This document shows positions 35,804-45,849 of a stretch of 55,134 bases of DNA, in pieces. Below the pieces are notes generated by a model, which was not told the DNA's origin, made no database searches, and was given only the letters and a program-made list of their open reading frames with translations. This stretch comes from an uncultured Rhodobacteraceae bacterium. Lineage in GTDB: Bacteria; Pseudomonadota; Alphaproteobacteria; Rhodobacterales; Rhodobacteraceae. The DNA lies in the NCBI GenBank assembly GCA_965660085.1, contig CBFHYV010000001.1:1-55134 (forward strand). The letters run 5' to 3'. The stretch's first letter is position 1. Each line of letters starts with the position of its first letter. The translations under genes and the position numbers were made by a program.

Positions 35804-37678
35804 TTACGCCGATTGCCGAGCCAACCGCCGCAGACGCGACATCAACAAAACAAGTGCGGCCGGGGTCATCCCCTCAACCTTGCTTGCCTGTGCGACATTT
35901 GCCGGCCTGGCTGCCGTCAGTTTGGCGGATAACTCGTTAGACAGCCCTTCAACAGAGGTGAAATCAAACCCCTCCGGGAAAGCAGCCGCCTCATCCCGCC
36001 GCAAACCCTCCACATCCCTCTGCTGTCGGACGATATAGTTGGCATACATCGCATCAATCCGGATCTGGCGCTTAATATCTGCTGGCAGCGCCAGATACGT
36101 TGGAGCGTATGTCCGCAACAGATCATCCGAGGGCTCTGCAAAGGCCATGACCTCATACAAGGCGCGCTTGTGGCCATCCTGCTTGATCTGAATATCATGC
36201 GCGGCCAGTTCCTTGGGTGACAGCACAGCTGCCTCCGCCGCAGCCTGACCCTGCGCCAACAGCTCAGACTTTCTGGCGAACATTTCCGCCCGTCGCTGAC
36301 CCACGCAGCCAATGGCAATCCCCTTGCCCGTCAACCGTTGATCTGCGTTATCCGCCCGCAGGGAGAGGCGAAATTCCGCGCGGGAGGTAAACATGCGGTA
36401 GGGTTCTGACACACCACGTGTGGTCAGATCATCAACCATCACGCCGATATAGCTTTCTGACCGGCTGAACGTGATGGCGCCCTGCCCCAAAGCCGAAGCA
36501 GCGGCATTCAACCCAGCCACGATGCCTTGGGCCGCAGCCTCTTCATACCCGGTGGTGCCGTTGATCTGGCCAGAAAGATACAGGCCTGGAACACCTTTGA
36601 CGGCCAATGTCAGGTCCAGGCTGCGTGGATCCACATAGTCATATTCAATCGCATAGCCGGGCTGAACGATGCTTACATCTTCCAGACCAACCATGGATCT
36701 GACGTAAGACTCCTGAACATCCTGGGGCAGCGATGTGGAGATGCCGTTGGGATAAACGGTCGGGTCATCCAGACCTTCTGGCTCCAAGAACACCTGATGA
36801 GAGGTCTTGTCGGCAAACCGAACGATCTTGTCCTCGATCGACGGGCAATACCGCGGGCCGACTCCATCGATCCGCCCGCCATACATGGCAGACCGGTTGA
36901 GGTTATCGCGGATGATTTCATGGGTTTTTTCGTTGGTATGGGTGATCCCACAGGCGATCTGACGCACGAAGGGTTTGGTGTTTTCAAAGGAAAACATCAT
37001 CGGCTCATCGTCACCCGGTTGGCTTTCCAGGGCATCCCATCTGATCGTGCGGCCATCCAGACGCGGCGGTGTGCCGGTTTTCAACCGGCCCGTGCGCAAG
37101 GCAAAGCCATCCATTTGTTCGGCGAGCCGAATGGAGGGAGCGTCCCCCATGCGTCCCCCCGGGAACTGCTGATCCCCGATATGAATGATACCCCTCAGGA
37201 AGGTGCCCGTGGTCAAGACAACACTGGCAGCGCGGATTTCCGTTCCGTCCGCCAAGGTCACGCCCACAACACGATCCCCGGACATCACAAAGGCCGCAAC
37301 TTCACCTTCGATGATGTTCAGATGTTCCGTCCCAGCGAGTTCAGCCTGCATCGTTTCGCGATAGATCTTGCGGTCTGCCTGGGCACGGGGGCCCTGCACC
37401 GCTGGCCCTTTGCGCCTATTCAATAGCCTAAACTGAATCCCCGCGCGGTCTGCAACACGGCCCATGACTCCGTCCAGCGCATCGATCTCGCGGACAAGGT
37501 GACCTTTTCCCAAACCACCAATAGCCGGGTTACAGGACATCACGCCGATTTTGGCCCGCTCCAACGTGATCAAGGCTGTTCGTGCGCCCATACGCGCCGA
37601 GGCAGCCGCAGCATCACAACCGGCATGCCCACCACCAATCACGATGACGGCGAAATCCAGATGTTTCACGTGAAACAC
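35804..37678 (-). CDS. mnmG: tRNA uridine-5-carboxymethylaminomethyl modification enzyme MnmG (GidA)
   Basis: The N-terminus has a [13 protein letters not shown] motif, and the 624-aa length is typical. GTG start at 37678. Confidence 0.93.
   Translation of the reverse strand: MFHVKHLDFAVIVIGGGHAGCDAAAASARMGARTALITLERAKIGVMSCNPAIGGLGKGHLVREIDALDGVMGRVADRAGIQFRLLNRRKGPAVQGPRAQADRKIYRETMQAELAGTEHLNIIEGEVAAFVMSGDRVVGVTLADGTEIRAASVVLTTGTFLRGIIHIGDQQFPGGRMGDAPSIRLAEQMDGFALRTGRLKTGTPPRLDGRTIRWDALESQPGDDEPMMFSFENTKPFVRQIACGITHTNEKTHEIIRDNLNRSAMYGGRIDGVGPRYCPSIEDKIVRFADKTSHQVFLEPEGLDDPTVYPNGISTSLPQDVQESYVRSMVGLEDVSIVQPGYAIEYDYVDPRSLDLTLAVKGVPGLYLSGQINGTTGYEEAAAQGIVAGLNAAASALGQGAITFSRSESYIGVMVDDLTTRGVSEPYRMFTSRAEFRLSLRADNADQRLTGKGIAIGCVGQRRAEMFARKSELLAQGQAAAEAAVLSPKELAAHDIQIKQDGHKRALYEVMAFAEPSDDLLRTYAPTYLALPADIKRQIRIDAMYANYIVRQQRDVEGLRRDEAAAFPEGFDFTSVEGLSNELSAKLTAARPANVAQASKVEGMTPAALVLLMSRLRRLARQSA
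37662..37677. other. parS centromere-like site (ParB binding)
   Basis: A second perfect TGTTTCACGTGAAACA, overlapping the first five codons of mnmG (M-F-H-V-K). Confidence 0.85.
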
Positions 37679-37681
37679 TCC

Positions 37682-38965
37682 CTATTTCCCGAGGCAGAAC
37701 CGAGAGAATATCTCATCCAGCAAGGTTTCTACATCGATCCGGCCCACAAGCGATTCCAGCGCACGCACGACAAACCGCAATTCTTCGCTCACTAGTTCAT
37801 ATACATCGCTGCCTTGGGTCAACAACACCAAGGCCTGCGCCAGCCCATCTTCTGCACCAGCCAGTGAGGCATCCTGCCGGATATGTGCCACCAGCCCCGC
37901 TTGTTGACTGCGCTGTTCCAGCACATCCACAACGCGCGCAATCAGCTCATCAATCCCCTGCCCCGTCAGGCCGGACACACCCAACCCTTCGCAGCCGTAT
38001 AGATCACACTTGCCATAAGCCACGATATCGTTTGGCTTTGGCGGCAGTGCCGGCGCGCCACCGGGCTCCAGCAGAAATATACGCAAGTCCGCAGCATCCG
38101 CGCGCGCCCTCGCCCGATCAATGCCCATTTGTTCCAACTGGTCCTCAGTCTCCCGAAGACCGGCAGTGTCCAGAAGCGTAACAGGCAGCCCGCCTAGATC
38201 CATCCGTAATTCGATCACATCGCGTGTCGTGCCAGCAATCTCGGACGTCAGCGCAGCGTCACGCCCGGCCAAGACGTTCAGCAGAGTCGATTTTCCCGCA
38301 TTTGGCGGCCCGACAATCGCAACCTCAAACCCCGTGCGGATGCGTTCGGCGGCTGAAAAGCCCCGGCGTTGTTCAGAAATGCTGTTCAATACCTCTGTGA
38401 TCAGAGAGCGCACTTCCGGTGTCACATCCTCGGGGACATCTTCATCCGCAAAATCAATCGTCGCTTCGATCAGCGCAGCAGCCCGGATCAGCTTGTCCCG
38501 CCATTGGTCCGCCGCCTTCCCCAAGGCCCCATCCAGGCTGCGCAAGGCCTGCAGGCGCTGCGCTTCCGTCTCCGCCTCAATCAGGTCACCCAGGGCTTCA
38601 ACCTGTGTCAGGTCAAGGCGTCCGTTTTCCAGGGCACGGCGCGTGAATTCGCCAGGTTCCGCCATGCGAACCGCGGGCAGAGAGGACAAGCAGGACAGAA
38701 CAGCACGGGTCACCGCAATGCTGCCATGGACATGAAACTCCACAACATCTTCGCCGGTAAAGCTCGCCCCACGCTCAAAGCACAGCACCAGCGCCTCATC
38801 CAGGAAACCGACATCACTGAACCGCAACTGCCGCAGCGCCGCATGGCGCGGGCGCGGTAATTTGCAGAACTGCGCCGCCGTGGCCCAGGCGTCAGGCCCG
38901 GAGATACGGATCACCGCAACACCGGCGCGCCCCTGGGCGGTTGCCAGGGCAAAGATCGTATCCAA
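37682..38965 (-). CDS. mnmE: tRNA modification GTPase MnmE (TrmE)
   Basis: MDTIFALATAQGRAGVAVIRISG, G1 motif GPPNAGKST, DTAG, and a C-terminal CLGK. Confidence 0.93.
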   Translation of the reverse strand: MDTIFALATAQGRAGVAVIRISGPDAWATAAQFCKLPRPRHAALRQLRFSDVGFLDEALVLCFERGASFTGEDVVEFHVHGSIAVTRAVLSCLSSLPAVRMAEPGEFTRRALENGRLDLTQVEALGDLIEAETEAQRLQALRSLDGALGKAADQWRDKLIRAAALIEATIDFADEDVPEDVTPEVRSLITEVLNSISEQRRGFSAAERIRTGFEVAIVGPPNAGKSTLLNVLAGRDAALTSEIAGTTRDVIELRMDLGGLPVTLLDTAGLRETEDQLEQMGIDRARARADAADLRIFLLEPGGAPALPPKPNDIVAYGKCDLYGCEGLGVSGLTGQGIDELIARVVDVLEQRSQQAGLVAHIRQDASLAGAEDGLAQALVLLTQGSDVYELVSEELRFVVRALESLVGRIDVETLLDEIFSRFCLGK

Positions 38966-38992
38966 AGGTAAAGCTCCCCTTGCCCGGCCGGT

Positions 38993-40264
38993 TTAGCTGT
39001 TCATCGAGTCGAAGAATTCCGAATTTGTCTTTGTCTGCTTCAACTTCGAGATCAGGAATTCGATCCCGTCTGTCGTTCCCATCGGGTTGAGAATGCGGCG
39101 CAGAACATAGGTTTTCTGCAGATCGATCTTGTCCACCAGCAGATCCTCTTTCCGGGTCCCGGATTTCAGGATGTCGATTGCCGGGAACACCCGCTTGTCC
39201 GAGATCTTGCGGTCCAACACGATCTCGCTGTTGCCGGTGCCTTTGAATTCTTCAAAGATGACCTCGTCCATCCGGCTGCCGGTGTCGATCAGCGCCGTGG
39301 CGATGATCGTCAGGCTACCACCCTCTTCGATGTTTCGGGCGGCGCCGAAAAACCGCTTGGGGCGCTGCAACGCATTCGCATCCACACCACCTGTCAGCAC
39401 CTTGCCCGAGGACGGCACCACGGTGTTGAAGGCTCGTCCAAGTCTTGTGATCGAATCAAGCAAAATCACCACATCTCGTTTATGCTCGACAAGTCGCTTT
39501 GCTTTCTCGATCACCATTTCCGAAACGGCCACATGGCGCGTTGCGGGTTCGTCAAAGGTTGAGGAGATCACCTCGCCCTTCACGCTGCGCTGCATGTCGG
39601 TGACTTCTTCAGGGCGCTCATCGATCAGCAGGACGATCAGATAGCACTCAGGGTGGTTCTTTTCGATGCTGTTCGCGATGTTCTGCAGCAGAACCGTCTT
39701 GCCCGTGCGCGGCGGCGCCACGATCAGGCTGCGCTGGCCTTTGCCGATGGGTGCCACCAGGTCAATGATACGGGCCGAACGGTCCCTGATGGTGGGATCT
39801 TCGATCTCCATCTTCAGGCGCTCATCGGGGTAAAGCGGCGTCAGGTTGTCAAAGGCAATCTTGTGACGCGCCTGATCGGGTTGCTCGAAATTGATCAGGG
39901 TGACATCCATCAGCGCAAAATAGCGTTCGTTTTCCTCCGGGGCCTTGATGGAGCCTTCGATCGTATCCCCCGTCCGCAGAGAGAATTTGCGGATCATATC
40001 GGGAGAGACATAAATATCGTCCGGACCGGGCAGATAATTTGCCTCGGGCGAGCGGAGGAAGCCGAAACCGTCCTGCAGCACCTCCAGCACGCCATCGCCG
40101 AAGATATCCCAGCCCTCATCCGCGCGTTCCCGCAGGATCTGGAACATCATCTCGCCCTTGCGCATGGTCGAGGCGTTCTCGATCTCCAGCTCTTCCGCCA
40201 TCGCCAGCAATGCGGCGGGGGTCTGTGCTTTCAGATCGGACAGGTTCAGGCGGGGTTCGCTCAT
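38993..40264 (-). CDS. rho: Transcription termination factor Rho
   Basis: An N-terminal Rho_N domain, an RNA-binding domain (GFGFLR) and Walker A APPRTGKT. 423 aa. Confidence 0.95.
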   Translation of the reverse strand: MSEPRLNLSDLKAQTPAALLAMAEELEIENASTMRKGEMMFQILRERADEGWDIFGDGVLEVLQDGFGFLRSPEANYLPGPDDIYVSPDMIRKFSLRTGDTIEGSIKAPEENERYFALMDVTLINFEQPDQARHKIAFDNLTPLYPDERLKMEIEDPTIRDRSARIIDLVAPIGKGQRSLIVAPPRTGKTVLLQNIANSIEKNHPECYLIVLLIDERPEEVTDMQRSVKGEVISSTFDEPATRHVAVSEMVIEKAKRLVEHKRDVVILLDSITRLGRAFNTVVPSSGKVLTGGVDANALQRPKRFFGAARNIEEGGSLTIIATALIDTGSRMDEVIFEEFKGTGNSEIVLDRKISDKRVFPAIDILKSGTRKEDLLVDKIDLQKTYVLRRILNPMGTTDGIEFLISKLKQTKTNSEFFDSMNS

Positions 40265-40390
40265 GCAACGGCTCCTGTCGCGCCAAATGGGCGCGATGAC
40301 GGGTGGTCTGTGGGTGAAAATCCCCCTCGGACGAAGGGTGTCTTCGCTTAGCTCAGCTGACAGGTCAGAGTCAATCCGCCGCGCGTCGCC

Positions 40391-40840
40391 TCAGAACTTG
40401 AAGATCACCGATGCCACGATGACGATCATCAGCACTGTCGGCACTTCGTTCATCAGCCGGTAGTGGCGTCCGTTGCGGTCGTTTGTACCTGTCTCGAAAT
40501 CAGCCCGGCGCAGCGAAAGCCAATAGTGGAACCAGGTCATGGCAATCACGCTGGCTGTCTTTGTCCATGGCCAGATCAGGCCCCAATCGACGATGCCCGG
40601 TGTCGCAACCAGCCAAAGACCGCACAGCCAGGTGGTGATCATGGCCGGGCGCATGATGAAGCGCAGCAATTTGTCTTCCATCACGATCAGCGTGTCGCTC
40701 AGCTGATCGCCATGCGCTGCTCGCTCCGCGTGATAGACATAGAGGCGCGGCAGATAGAACAGACCCGCCATCCAGGACATCACTGCCATGATGTGCAGCG
40801 ATTTTATCCAAGGGTAGCTGATAGCGAAAAGATCGAACAT
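40391..40840 (-). CDS. hemJ: Protoporphyrinogen IX oxidase HemJ (UPF0093 / CopD-like)
   Basis: 149 aa with 4 TM helices. Contains WIKSLHIMAVMSWMAGLFYLPRL.VYH. AGGAGG lies upstream of ATG 40840. Confidence 0.8.
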   Translation of the reverse strand: MFDLFAISYPWIKSLHIMAVMSWMAGLFYLPRLYVYHAERAAHGDQLSDTLIVMEDKLLRFIMRPAMITTWLCGLWLVATPGIVDWGLIWPWTKTASVIAMTWFHYWLSLRRADFETGTNDRNGRHYRLMNEVPTVLMIVIVASVIFKF

Positions 40841-40860
40841 GCGTGGGCCTCCTGACCTCT

Positions 40861-40905
40861 CTTAAACAATTTAGAAAAAAGAATGAAAAGAAGTGTTTGT
40901 TGAAG
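40861..40905. other. AT-rich tract, candidate DNA-unwinding element
   Basis: CTTAAACAATTTAGAAAAAAGAATGAAAAGAAGTGTTTGTTGAAG is about 24% GC in a genome of roughly 62% GC. It lies adjacent to the DnaA-box cluster. Confidence 0.4.
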
Positions 40906-41250
40906 GGCAGCAGCCAATCTGTGGATACCTGAGTTCTCCGCCGGCTTGTCCCCAGATTGGACCGTCTGTGGGTAAAGCTGCGGACAAATCCTGAACATAT
41001 AGGTCAGACTCACTTCAAACGTCTGATTTCAATATCAAAACTGTTCTCACAACTCCAAAGGGCAATCTGTGGACAATTTGTGATCCTGGTCCATGAACAC
41101 GGTTTTCCCACAGCGCCCGAGTCTTCCCCACTCACATCTTGGCAACTGGGCTGGACTGGTGCAGAACACCCTGCGTTATCCCGGTGCCCTCAGGCCGGGC
41201 TCTGCTGTCCCCATCCTGTCCCTATGGATCACGGTCTTTTATCCCCGGAG

Positions 41251-41259
41251 TTATCCACA
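41251..41259 (+). promoter_or_regulatory. Perfect DnaA box
   Basis: TTATCCACA. Its last base is the A of the maf ATG. Confidence 0.6.
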
Positions 41260-41858
41260 TGCCATCTCAGATCATTCTTGCGTCGGGTTCGCAGATTCGT
41301 GCCCAGATGTTGCGCAACGCGGGGCTGACGATTGAGGTGCAAAGCCCCAGGGTTGACGAAGCGACCGTGCGCGATGCCATGCTCGCCGATGCGGCCCCGC
41401 CCCGGGATATTGCCGATACCCTGGCAGAGATGAAGGCGCGCAAGATCAGCGAGCGCAACCCCGACGCGCTGGTGATCGGCTGCGATCAGGTTCTGGCGCA
41501 TGACGGGTCTGTCCTCGGCAAACCCGAAACCCCGGATCAGGCGCTGGCCCATTTGCATGCCCTGCGCGGCGGCAAGCATCAGCTTTTGTCCGCGGCGGTC
41601 ATCGCACAGGCCGGGCGGCCATTGTGGCGCCATGTCGGGGTTGTGCGCTTGCACATGCGGGCCTGTTCTGACGCCTATCTGCAAGACTACGTTGCCCGCA
41701 ACTGGGACAGCATTCGCCACAGCGTCGGCGCCTACAAGCTGGAAGAAGAGGGCGCGCGTCTGTTCACCCGGATCGAAGGCGATTACTTTACCGTCTTGGG
41801 GCTGCCGCTGCTTGAGGTGCTGTCCTTTCTGACCGTTAGAGGAGAGATCGACGGATGA
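41259..41858 (+). CDS. maf: Maf-like nucleoside triphosphate pyrophosphatase
   Basis: MPSQIILASGSQIRAQML... is a typical Maf N-terminus. Start trimmed from 41139. Confidence 0.85.
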   Translation: MPSQIILASGSQIRAQMLRNAGLTIEVQSPRVDEATVRDAMLADAAPPRDIADTLAEMKARKISERNPDALVIGCDQVLAHDGSVLGKPETPDQALAHLHALRGGKHQLLSAAVIAQAGRPLWRHVGVVRLHMRACSDAYLQDYVARNWDSIRHSVGAYKLEEEGARLFTRIEGDYFTVLGLPLLEVLSFLTVRGEIDG

Positions 41859-42688
41859 GCATGACGCGTATTCCCCTGGCCGCGGTGATCGGCTCGCCGA
41901 TTGCCCATTCCAAATCGCCTCGGGTGCATGGCTATTGGCTGCGCAACTACGGGATTGCGGGCCATTACATCCCCATCGATCTGCCGACCGACAAGTTTCA
42001 TGACGCCTTGCGCATGATGCCGCATATGGGGTTTGTCGGGGCAAATGTGACCATCCCCTACAAGGAACGCGCGATGGAGGTTGCTGATGTCGTCACCGAC
42101 CGCGCGGCGATCATCGGCGCGGCCAACACTTTGATCTTCCGCCAGGATGGCCGGATTATCGCGGACAATACCGATGGCTATGGCTTTATCGAAAACATCC
42201 GCGCCGCCCTGCCCGCCTGGCAGCCACAGGACGGTCCGGCGCTGGTGCTGGGGGCGGGTGGCGCCGCGCGGGCCATCGTCAATGCGCTGTTGGAGGCTGG
42301 CGTGCCGGAACTGTTGCTGACCAACCGCACGCGCAATCGGGCAGATCGGTTGCGGGAAGATTTCGGCAAGCGCATCCGCGTCTTTGATTGGGTCAAGGCC
42401 GGCAACCTGATGGAAGAGGCCACGACCGTGGTCAACACCACCTCTCTTGGCATGACCGGCAAGCAGGAACTGCGCGTGCCGCTGGACGGGCTGCGCCCGG
42501 GCACCGTTGTCAACGATCTTGTCTATGCCCCGCTGGAAACCCGCCTGTTGCGGGAGGCCCGCGATCTGGGGTGCCATACGGTCGATGGCCTGGGGATGCT
42601 GCTGCATCAGGCCGTGCCGGGGTTTGAACGCTGGTTCGGCAAGCGCCCGGAGGTGACACAGGCGCTGCGCCAGGCCGTGTTGCGATGA
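41855..42688 (+). CDS. aroE: Shikimate dehydrogenase AroE
   Basis: Contains VIGSPIAHSKSPRVH, NVTIPYKE and GAGGAARA. Has an ATGA overlap with maf. Confidence 0.9.
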   Translation: MSMTRIPLAAVIGSPIAHSKSPRVHGYWLRNYGIAGHYIPIDLPTDKFHDALRMMPHMGFVGANVTIPYKERAMEVADVVTDRAAIIGAANTLIFRQDGRIIADNTDGYGFIENIRAALPAWQPQDGPALVLGAGGAARAIVNALLEAGVPELLLTNRTRNRADRLREDFGKRIRVFDWVKAGNLMEEATTVVNTTSLGMTGKQELRVPLDGLRPGTVVNDLVYAPLETRLLREARDLGCHTVDGLGMLLHQAVPGFERWFGKRPEVTQALRQAVLR

Positions 42689-43278
42689 CCTTTCGCCTCG
42701 GCCTGACCGGCTCCATTGGCATGGGCAAATCCGCCACGGCCCGCATCTTTGCCGAGGAAGGCTGCGCCATCTGGGATGCCGATGACACTGTGCATCGCCT
42801 CTATGCCGCCGGTGGCGCGGCGGTTGCGCCCATGGCTGCGGCCTTTCCCGAAGCCGTGGTGGGGGGGGCCGTCCACCGCCCCGCGCTGCGAGAGATCATC
42901 CAGTCAGACCCGGACGCCATCGCCCGGATTGAACAGATCGTCCATCCGCTGGTGCGGGCGGACCGGGAAGGGTTCGCCCAGCGGTCCGGGGCCGATATCG
43001 CGGTGTTTGACATCCCGTTGCTGTTTGAAACCGGCGCCGAGGCCGAGATGGATGCCGTGGCCTGTGTGCATATCGATGCCGCCACGCAGCGTGACCGTGT
43101 CTTGCAGCGGGGCACGATGACGGAACAGCAGTTGGATACCATCCTGGCCAAGCAGTTGCCCATTGACCAGAAGCTGGCGCGTGCGCGATTTTCCATTCTG
43201 ACGGACACCCCGGATCATGCGCGCGCCCAGGTGCGGCGGATCCTGACCACCATCCGCAAGGAGATCTCTGATGCGTGA
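42685..43278 (+). CDS. coaE: Dephospho-CoA kinase CoaE
   Basis: P-loop GLTGSIGMGKS and the FDIPLLFE motif. Has an ATGA overlap with aroE. Confidence 0.9.
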   Translation: MTFRLGLTGSIGMGKSATARIFAEEGCAIWDADDTVHRLYAAGGAAVAPMAAAFPEAVVGGAVHRPALREIIQSDPDAIARIEQIVHPLVRADREGFAQRSGADIAVFDIPLLFETGAEAEMDAVACVHIDAATQRDRVLQRGTMTEQQLDTILAKQLPIDQKLARARFSILTDTPDHARAQVRRILTTIRKEISDA

Positions 43279-43957
43279 AATCGTGCTGGATACGGAAACC
43301 ACGGGTTTTGAGGCCAACGGGGCCGACCGGATCGTAGAAATCGGCGCGGTCGAATTGCTCAACCACATGCCGACGGGCCGGACCTATCACCAATACATCA
43401 ACCCCGAACGGGACATGCCCGAAGATGCCTTTCGCGTGCATGGCCTGTCGGAGGAGTTTCTGAGCGACAAACCCGTGTTTGCCGCCATCGTGCAGGACTT
43501 CCTGGATTTCATCGGGGAAGACCGGCTGGTGATCCACAATGCCAAGTTCGACATGGAGTTCATCAATGCCGAGCTGCGCCGGGTGAATCGGGCGCCTCTG
43601 CCATCGCAGCGCGCGCTGGATACGCTGGACATCGCCCGGCGCAAATTTCCCGGCGCGGGCAATTCGCTGGACGCGCTGTGCCGCCGCTACGGGATCGACA
43701 ACTCTTCGCGCACCCTGCATGGCGCCTTGCTGGACTCGGAAATTCTCGCCGAGGTCTATCTGGAGCTGATTGGTGGCAAACAGCCGGATTTCGACCTGTC
43801 CAGCAGGCGCGGTCAGCAGGGCGGCGATACCACGCAGGAACTCTGGCGGCCCAAGCCGCGCCCCCGGCCCCTGCCGCCCCGGCTGACCGAAAAGGAAAAG
43901 GCGGCACATGCCGCCTTTGTCCAGAAACTCGGTGAAGGGGCGCTCTGGCTGAAATGA
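43271..43957 (+). CDS. dnaQ: DNA polymerase III epsilon subunit (3-5 proofreading exonuclease) DnaQ
   Basis: ExoI VLDTETTG, ExoII HNAKFD and ExoIII HGALLDSEILAEVY. Overlaps coaE by 8 nt. Confidence 0.92.
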   Translation: MREIVLDTETTGFEANGADRIVEIGAVELLNHMPTGRTYHQYINPERDMPEDAFRVHGLSEEFLSDKPVFAAIVQDFLDFIGEDRLVIHNAKFDMEFINAELRRVNRAPLPSQRALDTLDIARRKFPGAGNSLDALCRRYGIDNSSRTLHGALLDSEILAEVYLELIGGKQPDFDLSSRRGQQGGDTTQELWRPKPRPRPLPPRLTEKEKAAHAAFVQKLGEGALWLK

Positions 43958-43985
43958 TGCCAGTCAAAGCGCCTGTTCAGCGCGC

Positions 43986-44519
43986 TCAGTTGGGCGCTGT
44001 CTCCGGCGCGGCGGCTGCGCCTTCGGCTTTCTGCGCGGCCTGGCGGCGCGCGATTTCCTGACGGTACAGCGCCATGAAATCGATCGTTTCCAGGTTCAGC
44101 GGCGGGAAGCCACCGTCACGGGTCACGTCAGAGACGATGCGGCGCACAAAGGGGAACAGCATGCGCGGACATTCGATCAGCAGGAAGGGGTGCAGCTGCG
44201 CCTCGGGGACGTTTTCGATGTTGAAAACACCGGCATAATCCAGCTCCAGCAGGAACAGCTGATCCTGGCTGTCCTTGGCCTTGGAATCCACTTTCAGCTT
44301 CAGGACGACCTCAAACTGGTTCGGGGTCGTGCGCTTCTTGGCGTCCAGGTTCACCTGCACCTGAACGTCGGGCTGCACCTCGCCGGTGGCACCCTTTTGG
44401 GACAGGATGTTCTCAAAGGACATGTCCCGCACGAACTGCGCGAGCACGTTCATCTTGACGGGGGCGGACTGTTCCGCGCCACCCGCCTGCGGCGCAGCGC
44501 CGTTTTCCGTTTCAGCCAT
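43986..44519 (-). CDS. secB: Protein-export chaperone SecB
   Basis: Contains YVRDLSFE-like FVRDMSFEN, CPRMLFPFVRRIVSDVTRDGGFPPL and an acidic tail. Confidence 0.9.
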   Translation of the reverse strand: MAETENGAAPQAGGAEQSAPVKMNVLAQFVRDMSFENILSQKGATGEVQPDVQVQVNLDAKKRTTPNQFEVVLKLKVDSKAKDSQDQLFLLELDYAGVFNIENVPEAQLHPFLLIECPRMLFPFVRRIVSDVTRDGGFPPLNLETIDFMALYRQEIARRQAAQKAEGAAAAPETAPN

Positions 44520-44577
44520 GTGACAAGCTCTCCATCAGGTCAGTTTGCACGCCCTTTAGCAGAGGGGCGGGGTCGCC

Positions 44578-45087
44578 TCAATGCCTTGTCCAGCCGGATC
44601 CGGTGCCATGTGGCGGTTTGCCCGGCGGGGGCAGGTCATCATATTCGGCATCGATGATGTCGGGCTCATGCGGGCCATGAGGGGGGTGAGATCCGTGCGC
44701 CCCTTGCGGCCCGGCCTGGCCGCCCATTTCAAACCGGGCTACCTGAATACGCTGCGCCGCCCAGGCCAGCAGGGCGGTGCGCACCGCGGGGCTAAGCAGC
44801 GCAAAACCCACCGCATCGGTGAAAAACCCCGGCGTCAGCAGCAGCGCCCCGGAAAACAGGATCATCGCCCCATGGGCCAGCGGCCTTGCCGGATCATCCA
44901 GCGTGGAAAAGGACCGCCGCATATCCGCCATGGCCATCCGGCCCTGCTGGCGCACAAGATAGGTGCCCAGGGCCGCCGTCAGCACGACAATCGCCAGGGT
45001 CGGCCACAGCCCGATGGCGCCGCCCACCTGGATGAACAGCGCAATTTCGATCAATGGCACGGCCAGAAACGCCAGAAACAGCCACAT
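44578..45087 (-). CDS. fxsA: FxsA family membrane protein
   Basis: Contains MWLFLAFLAVPLIEIALFIQVG and LLLTPGF.TD..GF.LL.P. Confidence 0.85.
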   Translation of the reverse strand: MWLFLAFLAVPLIEIALFIQVGGAIGLWPTLAIVVLTAALGTYLVRQQGRMAMADMRRSFSTLDDPARPLAHGAMILFSGALLLTPGFFTDAVGFALLSPAVRTALLAWAAQRIQVARFEMGGQAGPQGAHGSHPPHGPHEPDIIDAEYDDLPPPGKPPHGTGSGWTRH

Positions 45088-45189
45088 GGGGGAACTCCTT
45101 TCACGCCCTGCGGTGGACTAACAGCAGGGCCTCTCCTACATAATTGCCGAGGACTGATATTTCCATGTATTCAAAGCACCGAGGTGGCC

Positions 45190-45849
45190 ATGAACTCTCC
45201 GATCCTTTCGCTTCTTGTTCTTGCCGGCATCGCGATCTTTCTCGTGCTGCGGCTGCGGAGCGTTCTGGGAACCCGCGAAGGGTTCGAAAAATCGCCCGAA
45301 CCCGCGCGCCCGGACACCAGCGCCCGGCGCCCGGACTTTGAGGTGATCGAAGGCGGCCCGGACCGCGACATCATTGACCATGTGCCCACCGGATCTGACG
45401 CGGCGGACGCCCTGGCCCGCATGAAGCGAGTGGAGCCCTCCTTCGGCGTGTCGGATTTCCTGTCCGGCGCCCGCGCCGCCTATGAGATGATCCTGATGGG
45501 GTTCGAACGCGGCGACCTGTCGGAGATCAAGGATTTCCTGGCGCCCGATGTGCATGACACTTTCGCCGAGGTCATCGCCGCGCGCGAGGCGCAGGGCCTG
45601 ACTGTCGAGGCAGAGTTCATCGGCGTGCGCGAACTGCTGCTGAAGGACGCCACATTCGACGACGCCACGCAGGAGGCGGAGATCACCATCGCCTTCACGG
45701 GCGAGCTCACCTTCGCCGTGCGCAACGCCGCAGGCGAGATCATCGAGGGCAACGCCACTCAGGTGAAGCGTCAGAAGGATATCTGGACCTTTGCGCGCAG
45801 CATGGGTGTGGATGACCCGAACTGGAAACTGGTGGCCACGGGTGAATGA
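45190..45849 (+). CDS. Tim44-like domain-containing membrane protein
   Basis: An N-terminal TM helix followed by a Tim44-like C-terminal domain (F.VSDFL.GA..AYEMI...F..GD......L...V...F...I..R), ending W.L. Start at ATG 45190. The upstream part of the 422-aa track ORF is antisense to fxsA. Confidence 0.75.
   Translation: MNSPILSLLVLAGIAIFLVLRLRSVLGTREGFEKSPEPARPDTSARRPDFEVIEGGPDRDIIDHVPTGSDAADALARMKRVEPSFGVSDFLSGARAAYEMILMGFERGDLSEIKDFLAPDVHDTFAEVIAAREAQGLTVEAEFIGVRELLLKDATFDDATQEAEITIAFTGELTFAVRNAAGEIIEGNATQVKRQKDIWTFARSMGVDDPNWKLVATGE

Larger units (their letters stand above)
40841..41261. other. Candidate chromosomal replication origin (oriC)
   Basis: The largest non-coding gap in the window, and GC-poor. 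DnaA-box-like 9-mers: TGTGGATAC (40920-40928), TGTGGGTAA (40967-40975) and TGTGGACAA (41068-41076) are each 8/9 to TGTGGATAA; TTTCCCACA (41104-41112) and TTATCCCCG (41239-41247) are each 7/9; TTATCCACA (41251-41259) is perfect. Two GANTC sites lie at 41007-41011 and 41119-41123. Gene orientation diverges from this point, and parAB plus parS lie 3-7 kb away. Confidence 0.65.

Noticed and set aside
40862-40876. Possible CtrA box (TTAA-N7-TTAA) in the origin AT-rich tract
   Set aside because: Only the first half-site, TTAA, is present. The sequence 7 nt downstream is AGAA, and no other TTAA-N7-TTAA was found in 40841-41261.
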